Shown piece after piece: positions 47,046 to 55,810 of a stretch of DNA of 64,000 nucleotides (positions within the stretch are counted from its first letter, which is position 1; every line of letters starts with the position of its first letter). The translations under genes and the position numbers were made by a program. The stretch lies in NCBI GenBank assembly GCA_028284225.1, contig JANQSD010000013.1, positions 136,422-200,421 on the forward strand, given 5' to 3'. The stretch comes from Arenicellales bacterium (lineage in GTDB: Bacteria > Pseudomonadota > Gammaproteobacteria > Arenicellales > JAHEKD01). Below the pieces are notes generated by a model. That model was not told the origin of the DNA and searched no databases. It worked only from the letters and a program-made list of their open reading frames with translations.

Positions 47046-48566
47046 TTACAAGCTGGGTGCACCGCCCTCAGCTTTGCGCTTTTGAACAAATTCATCTAAC
47101 TGCTCAGCACAATCTTGTTCCAGCAAAGGCTCGTTATATTCGGCAAGCAATTGTTTCCAGATTTTGTTTGCTTTTTGTGTTGCTGTGACTTCGCCATTCT
47201 CCTGCCAGGTTTCGAAGTTACTCCAATCTGAAACCAGGGGGCTATAAAATGCATGCTCATAACGCTCGATAGTATGAGCCGATTGAAAAAAGTGGTTACC
47301 CGGGCCGACTTCATCGATGGCTTTTACTGCTAGCTCATCCTCAGCAAATGATAACGGCTGCAAATATTCTGACATCATTTGTAGCATCTCAGCATCCAGA
47401 ATTACTTTCTCATAGTTAGCACAAAGCCCGCCTTCCAGCCATCCCAGGCCATGCATGATTAAATTAATATGACCGTTAATACATGACCATAAAGACATTT
47501 GCGATTCGTAAACAGATTGCGCATCAGGTGCGTTGGATGCATTCGCATTCGACGCACGCAGAGGTATCTGATATTTGCGTGCCAATTGTCCACTGATAAC
47601 AGTGGCCTTAGCGTATTCAGGTGTCCCGAACGCGGGTGAACCCGACTTCATATCTACGTTTGAAGTAAAACTGCCATACATAACCGGACAACCAGGATTG
47701 ACTGCCTGGGCAAAGGCTATACCGGCCAGGGCTTCAGCATTCTGTTGTACTAATGCACCTACCACAGTTACGGGGGCCATTGCCCCGGCCAGGGTAAACG
47801 GTGTAAAGGCCACAGGTTGACCGCGTCTCACCATTGATAACACCCCTTGCAACATTGGAATATCATATTGAAGCGGTGAATTAGCATTAACAATTGTGAT
47901 CAACGAGGGTTGTTCTTGTAACGTTTGTTCATCAATGCCGCGAATGATTTTTGCGATTTCAAGACCATCATTAATACGAACATCACCCAGGGCATAGGCG
48001 TATAAAGGTTTATCTGTCAGTGTTGCCAAGGCTGCAATTGCATCCAGATGGCGTGTGGTCGGCGGCAAGTCAATCGGCTCTACAGGATAGCCGGCAATCA
48101 AATGAGTTGTATTTAAACTTTGCCCAAGCTTGAGCAAATTACAATAATCATGAAAATTTCCAGTTCGCCGGCCTTTATCCAGACAAGAAACATTCGGAGT
48201 GCTTGCGACCATAGAGAAGTTAACTGCATTTTCACCAAAGAACAGGTTATGACCAGCATTTCTTGCATGCAGCGTAAAACTTGGAGGCGCTTTACTGACC
48301 AACTCTATTAATAGATCCGGGTCAAATCTAACCCGCTCACTACCGGTTTCTGTTTGTGCACCGGCTTGTTTCAAAATCTCGCGTGCTTCAGGTAGCAAAA
48401 ACCGCATGCCTGTATCACGTAAAAGCGCTAAAGAAGCATGATGAATCGCCTCTATTTCATCTTCAGAAGCAATCGCTAAGGCGGGATAGGGATTACGTAA
48501 ATGCCGATAAGGAAGCTGCTTTATTGAGTTTGATTCTCTGGGGTTTCTGCGTGCTCGGCGTACCAT
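47046..48566 (-). CDS. Trimethylamine-methyltransferase (MttB) superfamily protein, non-pyrrolysine type
   Basis: 506 aa with an uninterrupted frame (no in-frame UAG). 'SEDEIEAIHHASLALLRDTGMRFLLPEAREILKQAGAQ...RVRFDPDLL' matches the MttB-family N-terminus. Length is typical. Confidence 0.8.
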   Translation of the reverse strand: MVRRARRNPRESNSIKQLPYRHLRNPYPALAIASEDEIEAIHHASLALLRDTGMRFLLPEAREILKQAGAQTETGSERVRFDPDLLIELVSKAPPSFTLHARNAGHNLFFGENAVNFSMVASTPNVSCLDKGRRTGNFHDYCNLLKLGQSLNTTHLIAGYPVEPIDLPPTTRHLDAIAALATLTDKPLYAYALGDVRINDGLEIAKIIRGIDEQTLQEQPSLITIVNANSPLQYDIPMLQGVLSMVRRGQPVAFTPFTLAGAMAPVTVVGALVQQNAEALAGIAFAQAVNPGCPVMYGSFTSNVDMKSGSPAFGTPEYAKATVISGQLARKYQIPLRASNANASNAPDAQSVYESQMSLWSCINGHINLIMHGLGWLEGGLCANYEKVILDAEMLQMMSEYLQPLSFAEDELAVKAIDEVGPGNHFFQSAHTIERYEHAFYSPLVSDWSNFETWQENGEVTATQKANKIWKQLLAEYNEPLLEQDCAEQLDEFVQKRKAEGGAPSL

Positions 48567-48667
48567 TAAGAACCTTTAAAAAATTGATTTAGATGCTGCA
48601 ATATTAGCTTTTTGTTTTGAAAATATCGATAACAAAATGACAGAATTTATGCGTATTTTTTACCCAC

Positions 48668-48701
48668 AAATAAAAAGAGGGCTTTCATATAGAAAGCCCT
48701 C
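48668..48701 (-). terminator. Rho-independent terminator after the usp gene
   Basis: GAGGGCTTTC-ATATA-GAAAGCCCTC is a perfect 10-bp stem. On the minus strand it is followed by TTTTTATTT. It starts 20 nt after the stop at 48722. Confidence 0.75.
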
Positions 48702-48721
48702 GATATTAGTGAAAAATCAGA

Positions 48722-49171
48722 TTATCTTACAACGGTAACAGAACACTCAGCATGGCGAGCTACACGAGCTGAGTTAGGACCAAGCAAAAAGTCTGCCAGT
48801 GAAGGCCGATGCGCACCCATGACGATTTGATCAATATTCAAATCTTTGGCTGCTTCTACAATTTCACGATAGACCGTGCCATTTTCAACAATAACACCAG
48901 CTTGCAACTCAGTAGGAATATGCTCATTAGCAATTTCTCTAAGCTTTTCTGCAGCTTCATCTTTCCATTGTTGCATAGGGTATTCGGTTGATCCATGCAT
49001 CTCACCGCGTATTGCGTAACGTTGGTCAATCCCAGTTGTAATTCCTGAAATTACAGTCATCAGATAGATTTTGGCACCTTCATTGCCAGTTGCCATAGCA
49101 ACTGTCTTACCAATCACATCTTTCCAGGACTCCTCATCAGCAAGATCGATGGCTGCTAAATAATTAGACAT
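48722..49171 (-). CDS. Universal stress protein (UspA family)
   Basis: 149 aa. C-terminal 'IVMGAHRPSLADFLLGPNSARVARHAECSVTVV' is typical of Usp. Confidence 0.85.
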   Translation of the reverse strand: MSNYLAAIDLADEESWKDVIGKTVAMATGNEGAKIYLMTVISGITTGIDQRYAIRGEMHGSTEYPMQQWKDEAAEKLREIANEHIPTELQAGVIVENGTVYREIVEAAKDLNIDQIVMGAHRPSLADFLLGPNSARVARHAECSVTVVR

Positions 49172-49195
49172 AATATTTCTCCTTAAATGTAAGAT

Positions 49196-51097
49196 TTAAT
49201 CGCCATCTTCAGGCATGGTGAATTTACGCGGACTAGGCAGCATGCATATATAAATCATCCAAATGGCAAATGCTATAGCCAGGATATTCATGATTGAAAT
49301 ATCAATACTAAACGGCAATGATTTATCTGCCACTTCAATAGTTGGAATTAAGGAAGCATGTTTCGGTAAAGCTGGATCAATAACATCGCTGGCACCGATT
49401 GCTTCACGTATAGAAGATACTTCACCCGCACTAACCGGCACTACTCCTGCTTCACTCGTGCCAGCTGTGCCAGGGCCAACTTCACCGGCATCTTGAACAC
49501 GCTCGACTGGACCAGCCAATACAACCTGTGTACTAACACTGGAGACAGGTTGATATTGAGCGTTATAGGTACGTGCAGGGATTGTAGCCGGACGGATAAA
49601 ACTGAAATTTGCTGTATGACCGCCTTCAGCCCACTCGTCCAGGCTGACTAAGCCAATGGCTGCATTGACCAAAGCACCGCTCACTTCACGATCTCCCTGA
49701 GGAGCCATGACGAATACACCATCGCCGTCACCATTAACTAAACTAGCAACTTGATCTGCAACACCTGCATCAGAGTTTACAACTTCAACACTTTCAGATG
49801 AACCTAGTGAGCTAAGAATCATGGCTAAAACATTTGCGGAGCTTGAACCAACAGGGCCTGTAATGATTTTACTCATATCCCCAATAGATTTAGCACCTCC
49901 ACGAAGGGCGATCAAATGCGCAGATTTATAACCTAAGACGGCAAACGCCTCAGCATTATTCTTGGCAACAGGGCCGCTATCTCCCAAAGCATAGAAAGTT
50001 TCAGCACCTACCATAGCTACTCGGGCACTCCCATCCGATAAGGCAGCTAATGGTGTAGCAGTATTTGATAACTCAAGATCATTGCCTGAAAATCCGGCTC
50101 GAATCGCTCTTAGAGCCTTAGCTGTAGTGCTACTCGCACCAACGCTTGGGTCTGCTGCTACAAGTAATTTGTCAGCACCGCCACCGCCAGCACCCTCAGG
50201 CAGTAAACCTTTAGACACAAGGTAGTTTGTTGCCACAGACGCGGGTGTTTGAGCATCCAGGTCTACAGCCTTATTCATCGCCTGCATATCAGCTGCGCTG
50301 ATTGCACCGGCGAGTTTCTCTAATACAGTTGATAATCCTGGCACCGCAGAAAGCGCATCAGAACGCACTAACGGTGCAGCCTCGTAAATGGGGAAAAAAC
50401 GTTTATCATCTTCCAACACGATCAAGTCGTACTCGGCAATCTGACCATCAGTTGCAAAAAGTTCAGCCACATCGGCAGAGCCATCAAGCAATGCGGAAAT
50501 TTGCTGATCTTTACCTTCCGTGCCAGTTGGAAATGGCAGTGAACTGCTACCGGAAATACCATAATGACGGTTCATTTGCTGTAATCCATCAGCGGGACGT
50601 TCAAGAAAGTCCTGCTCAACAGCGAAGGTTACAGGGTCAGTCAGTCCAGCCAGGTCACTGATCTTGGTAACACCTAGTTCTTGTGCCCGATCAGCACTCA
50701 TGGTCATGACATAGTCATTAGAAAAACCGAAACTGCCAGCTAATTGAAGTCCCTGGGACTCAAATAACTTATTAACAGTTTCTGTAGTTTTAGCGCTATC
50801 ACTACTTGGTGCCTGACCAAGAAAAGTTAGGCTTGTACCATTATATTCTGGATAAACATCGACAATACCTTGTTTAGCAGCTTCCATGACGGTTGACGTA
50901 AAACCGTAAGACAGATTACGTGTTACGTCTATGCCTTCGTTCTCTGCTAATTGAGCAATCATTTCAGCTAATACTTCGCTTTCAGTGAACGGTTTAGAAC
51001 CGACACTTAAACTTGGTTTTTCTTCAGCACAACCAATCAGAACAACTGAAAACAGGGCAATTGTGAAATATTTAAAGTATTTATTTAACATTATCAT
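49196..51097 (-). CDS. Membrane-anchored double substrate-binding protein: OpuCC/OsmF-type quaternary-amine SBP domain, TAXI-like SBP domain, C-terminal TM helix
   Basis: 633 aa with lipobox 'VVLIGC'. Residues about 30-300 resemble the YehZ/OpuCC family (VGSKPFTESEVLAEMIAQL, DVYPEYNGTS, FFPIYEAAPLVR). Residues about 310-560 resemble TAXI-type receptors (ATIPARTYNAQ...). The C-terminal hydrophobic stretch is 'IMNILAIAFAIWMIYICML'. Confidence 0.65.
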   Translation of the reverse strand: MIMLNKYFKYFTIALFSVVLIGCAEEKPSLSVGSKPFTESEVLAEMIAQLAENEGIDVTRNLSYGFTSTVMEAAKQGIVDVYPEYNGTSLTFLGQAPSSDSAKTTETVNKLFESQGLQLAGSFGFSNDYVMTMSADRAQELGVTKISDLAGLTDPVTFAVEQDFLERPADGLQQMNRHYGISGSSSLPFPTGTEGKDQQISALLDGSADVAELFATDGQIAEYDLIVLEDDKRFFPIYEAAPLVRSDALSAVPGLSTVLEKLAGAISAADMQAMNKAVDLDAQTPASVATNYLVSKGLLPEGAGGGGADKLLVAADPSVGASSTTAKALRAIRAGFSGNDLELSNTATPLAALSDGSARVAMVGAETFYALGDSGPVAKNNAEAFAVLGYKSAHLIALRGGAKSIGDMSKIITGPVGSSSANVLAMILSSLGSSESVEVVNSDAGVADQVASLVNGDGDGVFVMAPQGDREVSGALVNAAIGLVSLDEWAEGGHTANFSFIRPATIPARTYNAQYQPVSSVSTQVVLAGPVERVQDAGEVGPGTAGTSEAGVVPVSAGEVSSIREAIGASDVIDPALPKHASLIPTIEVADKSLPFSIDISIMNILAIAFAIWMIYICMLPSPRKFTMPEDGD

Positions 51098-51103
51098 TTC
51101 TCC

Positions 51104-52663
51104 TTATGCTGTTTCTTCAGGTGTATGTCCAACCGGCATGACCTCACGCACTTTAGTGCTGGACTCTTTAACCATATGATCATCACGCACAATTCTAAAG
51201 AAAGCGATCAGCTGCATAATAATGATGATCGTAAACGGAATTGCTCCGGTAATAGCCATGGCTTTGGCCACCGTGACGCTCTCTGTAACAATTGTAGAGA
51301 CTGTCAATGCAGTAATTATCAATCCCCATGTAAGCTTTAACTTAGTTGGTGGATTCAAGCTACCATTGCTTGTCATCATACTAATTACGAATGTACCCGA
51401 ATCAGCACTTGTTACCAGAAAGATAAATATTAAACATACTGATAAGAAGTTAAGAATTGTAGTGCCGGGGAAATATTCAAAAAAGCCGAATAGTGCCGCT
51501 GACACATCCGCGAAAACTAAAGGTGCAACACCTCCATCACCAAACATTTGGATATGAATGGCTGCGCCACCGAAACATGCAAACCAAAGCATTGAAGCAA
51601 TAGTTGGCACGCCTACAACGAAAGTCACAAACTCTCTGATGGTTCGGCCGCGACTAATTCTTGCCACGAAAATTCCCACAAACGGACCCCAGGCTAACCA
51701 CCAGATTAAATAAGTTAATGTCCAACCATGAAACCAGTTCCAACTACCAAAATCAGTATAGCTATAGGTCTTAAACGACAGTGGTATTAATGCAAACAGA
51801 TAATCACCGATTGAATAAATAAAAACTTGCAGCAAGTATGCTGTGGGGCCACCAAACAATACCACAAGCATGATCGCCACAGCTGTCAACATGTTGATGT
51901 TACTTAAAATCTTGATGCCTTTATCCACACCTGTGCAAGCTGACAATAAGAAACAAACGGTCATCACAACTATTATGATCATACTCATGGTAACACTTTG
52001 ATCTGTCCCAAACACTGAGTGCATACCAGATCTAACCATTAAAGTGCCCATTGCTAAGGAACCTGCCAACCCAAAAATAACGGACAATACAGCTAGAATA
52101 TCAGCAGTGCTACCCAAAGCATTCAAGGTACCGCGGCTGAATACATTTTTGAAACCAACCAAGATGGGTGTTGATACCATAGAGGGAAGGTTGAGCCTAA
52201 AAGTGAAGTAAGCAATTACCAAGGCACAACAACCGTAGATTGACCAAGCATGAAAACCCCAGTGCAAATTAGTCAACACAAATGCATTTCTGGCAGCAGA
52301 GGCTGTTTCACCTGGTTCATCGGGTGGTGTCATGAAATGATAGATGGGTTCTGCCACTCCCCAGAACAACAGACCTGAGCCCATCCCTGCAGCAAATAAC
52401 ATTGCCACCCAGGAACCAGTGCTAAATTCAGGCACTTCATCATCACCGCCCAATTTGATCTTGCCGTACTTACTAAATCCCATATATCCCATGATTACAA
52501 GGAAAGCTGTACAGAGAAATAAGTAAAACCAATCTAATGATGTTAGAACATAGTTCACTAAACCTTGTGCAGAACCGGTCATTGAGTCGGGGTCTATTAA
52601 GCCCCAGGCACCAATGCCGCCGCATAAAATCAGTGAAATTAACATGGTCTTGTTCATAGGCAA
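51104..52663 (-). CDS. BCCT-family (betaine/carnitine/choline) transporter
   Basis: 519 aa with 12 TM segments. 'GFHAWSIY' and the Trp-rich 'WNWFHGWTLTYLIWWLAWGPFVGIFVARISRGRTIREF' are BCCT signature regions. Confidence 0.9.
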   Translation of the reverse strand: MPMNKTMLISLILCGGIGAWGLIDPDSMTGSAQGLVNYVLTSLDWFYLFLCTAFLVIMGYMGFSKYGKIKLGGDDEVPEFSTGSWVAMLFAAGMGSGLLFWGVAEPIYHFMTPPDEPGETASAARNAFVLTNLHWGFHAWSIYGCCALVIAYFTFRLNLPSMVSTPILVGFKNVFSRGTLNALGSTADILAVLSVIFGLAGSLAMGTLMVRSGMHSVFGTDQSVTMSMIIIVVMTVCFLLSACTGVDKGIKILSNINMLTAVAIMLVVLFGGPTAYLLQVFIYSIGDYLFALIPLSFKTYSYTDFGSWNWFHGWTLTYLIWWLAWGPFVGIFVARISRGRTIREFVTFVVGVPTIASMLWFACFGGAAIHIQMFGDGGVAPLVFADVSAALFGFFEYFPGTTILNFLSVCLIFIFLVTSADSGTFVISMMTSNGSLNPPTKLKLTWGLIITALTVSTIVTESVTVAKAMAITGAIPFTIIIIMQLIAFFRIVRDDHMVKESSTKVREVMPVGHTPEETA

Positions 52664-53111
52664 TATCTCCTTTTATTTTGAAATCTGTGAATAGCCGCAA
52701 TACAGACGATTGCCAAGGGCATGGTGAACAGCCTTAAAGTTAAAGCCATTGATGCTATCAATAGCAATAAAATTGGGGAGTAATAGCATTATTCTCCTCT
52801 GTGTTTCTCGTCTGTGTTATATGACTAGTTAAAAAATAACTAAGGTAATCGTACCTTACCATTTTTTTAGTTTGCAAATCAAAACTAAAAGCGACCTCAA
52901 TATAATTCCGAAAAATGATTATTCCGGTTTTACCGCAGTTAGGATTTGCTTGATTCACTTACAATAACTAATCAAACCTACTCATAATTCTCGACTACTT
53001 ATGAGTGAGATTGAGGATATATCTATTCATCAGATTAGTAAAATGAATATATTTGTAGTTATAATTCGAAATATTCGATATTAAAGTACCCGTAAGCATA
53101 CAAAATAAGTC

Positions 53112-53966
53112 ATGAATGTTGAAAACATTAAAGCCTTTCTGGAAGTCGCATCAACCGGAAGCTTCCAACAGGCCGCCGAGAACATGCACATCACACAATC
53201 CACCATGAGTGCAAGAATAAAAAGTCTCGAAGAGTCTATCAATAGGCAATTATTTATACGCAAGCGCACTGGCGCTGTTTTAACTCCAGGAGGAAAGAAT
53301 TTTTTTCGCTATGCGGTTACTGTAGTCAAAACTTGGGAAAGGGCACGTACAGAAGCTTCGTTACCGGAAAATATTGAATCTATTGTCGGTCTGGGATTAC
53401 AGCTGAATCATTTAGAGGACGTTGGTCAAAAATGGACACAGTGGATCAGTAATGAGGCACCTAATGTCGCCACACAAATTAAATCTGATTATTCAGATCG
53501 ATTAATGAATCAATTGCGCAACGGGTTCTTAGATATTGCAATTGTCTATGATCCGCAAAAAAGCCCGGAAGTCGAAATTCAACGATATAAAACTGAGAAG
53601 CTGGTTTTGGTTTCAACCGAACCGAGATTATTTCAACAGGGCAAAGTGGATGATTATATATTTGTAGATTGGGGAGAAAGTTACAGAGCGGATCATAATC
53701 GCATATTCGTAGAAGGTTCGTACCAGACCATGGAAATTTCAATCGCATCTGTGGCTCTAAACTACATCCTGGGACACGGAGGTTCCGGATATTTTCTAGA
53801 AAGCCAGGTATTGCCATTAATACAACAGCAAAAATTGTTTCGAGTCGATGACTCTGTAGCCATGTACATCAATTTATTCATGGTATTTAATGTTGACCGG
53901 AAAAACGATTACTCAGTAAAAATTGCTATAGATGGATTAAATGCGATTAAAGAGATGCGGGAGTAA
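53112..53966 (+). CDS. LysR-family transcriptional regulator
   Basis: 284 aa. N-terminal HTH 'IKAFLEVASTGSFQQAAENMHITQSTMSARIKSLEE'. It is divergent from the BCCT cluster. Confidence 0.9.
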   Translation: MNVENIKAFLEVASTGSFQQAAENMHITQSTMSARIKSLEESINRQLFIRKRTGAVLTPGGKNFFRYAVTVVKTWERARTEASLPENIESIVGLGLQLNHLEDVGQKWTQWISNEAPNVATQIKSDYSDRLMNQLRNGFLDIAIVYDPQKSPEVEIQRYKTEKLVLVSTEPRLFQQGKVDDYIFVDWGESYRADHNRIFVEGSYQTMEISIASVALNYILGHGGSGYFLESQVLPLIQQQKLFRVDDSVAMYINLFMVFNVDRKNDYSVKIAIDGLNAIKEMRE

Positions 53967-53978
53967 AACTTGCGCTTG

Positions 53979-55421
53979 TTAAAGATTATTTTCTGCTAAT
54001 TTATAAGCAATATAGTATTTATTGACATTAGCCACATATTGTACAGTTTCACGGCCAATTTCACGTGCTGCCATACGTTCGACATTGAAAAACCATTTAT
54101 TAGGGTCATAACCGTTTTCAGCTGCCAATTCTCGAAGCCGGTTAATTCGAGCAGGTCCGGCATTATAGGCAGCCCAGGTAAAGTCTATTTGATCCTCCGG
54201 CGCAATGTCGTCTGATGAAAAGTAGCGATCACGCAAATAGGCCAAATATTTAACTCCGGCATTAATATTATTCTCGCCATTATCAATATCAGGTATGCCC
54301 ACCTCATGAGACGCTGCCGTATCGGGTTTAATTTGCATAATGCCTACGGCTCCACGCGGGCTAACTTTACTTTGATCAATCCTGGATTCCTGATACGCCA
54401 TGGCGGCGACAGAAAGCCAATCAAAATTATGCTCGGCCGCATATTTTTGAAATAGAGATTTATATTTTTCCAACCTAGACGCTTGCTCAGGGGCTGTAGG
54501 GTCATCTATCCACTTCGAATTTTCATAATAGCGTTTAAAAAAAATATTGCCGAGCAAGGTACCTTTACGGATATCCGCAATGAATTGATTTAAACTATCC
54601 AATAATTCATTTGAATCTTTGCGCACTGCCCAGGCAATTTCACCGCCGGCATTAATTTTCAAATCTTCACGCACAACAATATTGGGCAACACATCCTGCC
54701 AGGCTTTGGCAGTAAAATCATCAGCCACAGTCAACGTGTAGATACCGGCATTAATTAATTCAAAAATATCTTCGGAGGTTAAATTTGGTGGAGCTTCAAG
54801 TATCTTTGCTGGTTTCAAACCTTGTTCAGTAAGCTGCTCATTTAATTCTTCCGCATGCTGAATAAAGCTGCTCCCCGCCAACAGATACAGCGACTTACCG
54901 GATAAATCATCCAGGGAATTTAAACCCGTAGTCGATTTATTTTGCACAATGACTTCACTGACTTTAGAAAAGTAGGGTTCAGTGAATTCGACTAACTTTT
55001 GTCGTTCTGGCGTAATCGTAAAATTCGCAACAGCGATATCTCCACGACCTTCAACCAGGTCCGCAAGAATATCGGCAAATGGCCTGACAATAAACGTCGC
55101 AACGGTTTTGTTGGCTTCATTCGAAATATTTTGATTCAAGAGCTTTTCATACTCACGCATGATTTCATAATCGAAACCTTTAATTTCAGGGCCATCGAAA
55201 AAAAAGTTGGTTTTGCTGTATGACACTAATACTCTTAACAGTCGCCGCTCTTTTATTTCTGCCAAATCCCCGAATTCAGGTGTCGAAACCCGGTCTATTA
55301 GTGCTTGTTCAGCATTGCTCGCAGGTGTGTCGACTTCTTCTGGTTTGTCTTCAACAATTAATAGCAAGGCAGCAGCGATAAGGATCACCGCAATCAAACT
55401 GAATATAATTGTATTTTTCAT
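53979..55421 (-). CDS. mltF: Membrane-bound lytic murein transglycosylase F (SBP_bac_3 domain plus SLT domain)
   Basis: 480 aa. The N-terminal half is amino-acid-SBP-like. The SLT catalytic region is 'AAMAYQESRID...SPRGAVGIMQI'. Confidence 0.85.
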   Translation of the reverse strand: MKNTIIFSLIAVILIAAALLLIVEDKPEEVDTPASNAEQALIDRVSTPEFGDLAEIKERRLLRVLVSYSKTNFFFDGPEIKGFDYEIMREYEKLLNQNISNEANKTVATFIVRPFADILADLVEGRGDIAVANFTITPERQKLVEFTEPYFSKVSEVIVQNKSTTGLNSLDDLSGKSLYLLAGSSFIQHAEELNEQLTEQGLKPAKILEAPPNLTSEDIFELINAGIYTLTVADDFTAKAWQDVLPNIVVREDLKINAGGEIAWAVRKDSNELLDSLNQFIADIRKGTLLGNIFFKRYYENSKWIDDPTAPEQASRLEKYKSLFQKYAAEHNFDWLSVAAMAYQESRIDQSKVSPRGAVGIMQIKPDTAASHEVGIPDIDNGENNINAGVKYLAYLRDRYFSSDDIAPEDQIDFTWAAYNAGPARINRLRELAAENGYDPNKWFFNVERMAAREIGRETVQYVANVNKYYIAYKLAENNL

Positions 55422-55572
55422 CAGCGACTATTGACTAAAAACAACTCCGTTGTCCTTACTTATAGCAGACAAACCAACTCTTTGCATTTAAGATCTAGAT
55501 CTTTGGAAGAATAAAACCTGCCGATGATTGAAGGCTAGTTGGTAATATGATAATGTCCGATTCCTTTTTCAC

Positions 55573-55647
55573 AGGCGCGTAGCTCAGTGGTAGAGCACCA
55601 CCTTGACATGGTGGTGGTCGGTGGTTCGATCCCACTCGCGCCTACCA
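55573..55647 (+). tRNA. tRNA-Val (anticodon GAC), with encoded CCA
   Basis: Manual cloverleaf: acceptor AGGCGCG/CGCGCCT, D arm GCTC-AGTGGTA-GAGC, anticodon arm CCACC-TTGACAT-GGTGG, variable TGGTC, T arm GGTGG-TTCGATC-CCACT, then ACCA. It closely resembles E. coli tRNA-Val(GAC). Confidence 0.9.
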
Positions 55648-55810
55648 TTTTCACATTATCAAATCTGAGAAAGTCCAAGTAAACCAGTAAATAATGGGGG
55701 TTTCAGCTTTTTATGGGTCCGAGGCTATTCGTTATTATTTGTTGTAATTCAGGGGTCGGATTATGGGGTAACCCCGTCACAAAAATGTGACAGGGTTGAA
55801 TCATTCAAAT

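Noticed and set aside
47046-48566. Possible pyrrolysine (in-frame UAG) in the MttB homologue
   Set aside because: The frame is uninterrupted for 506 codons, with no in-frame amber codon, so this is a non-Pyl family member.
52758-52958. 66-aa minus-strand ORF in the BCCT-LysR intergenic region
   Set aside because: It has no Shine-Dalgarno and no recognisable fold or motifs, and lies in very AT-rich sequence where random ORFs are expected. It is kept only as part of the leader observation.
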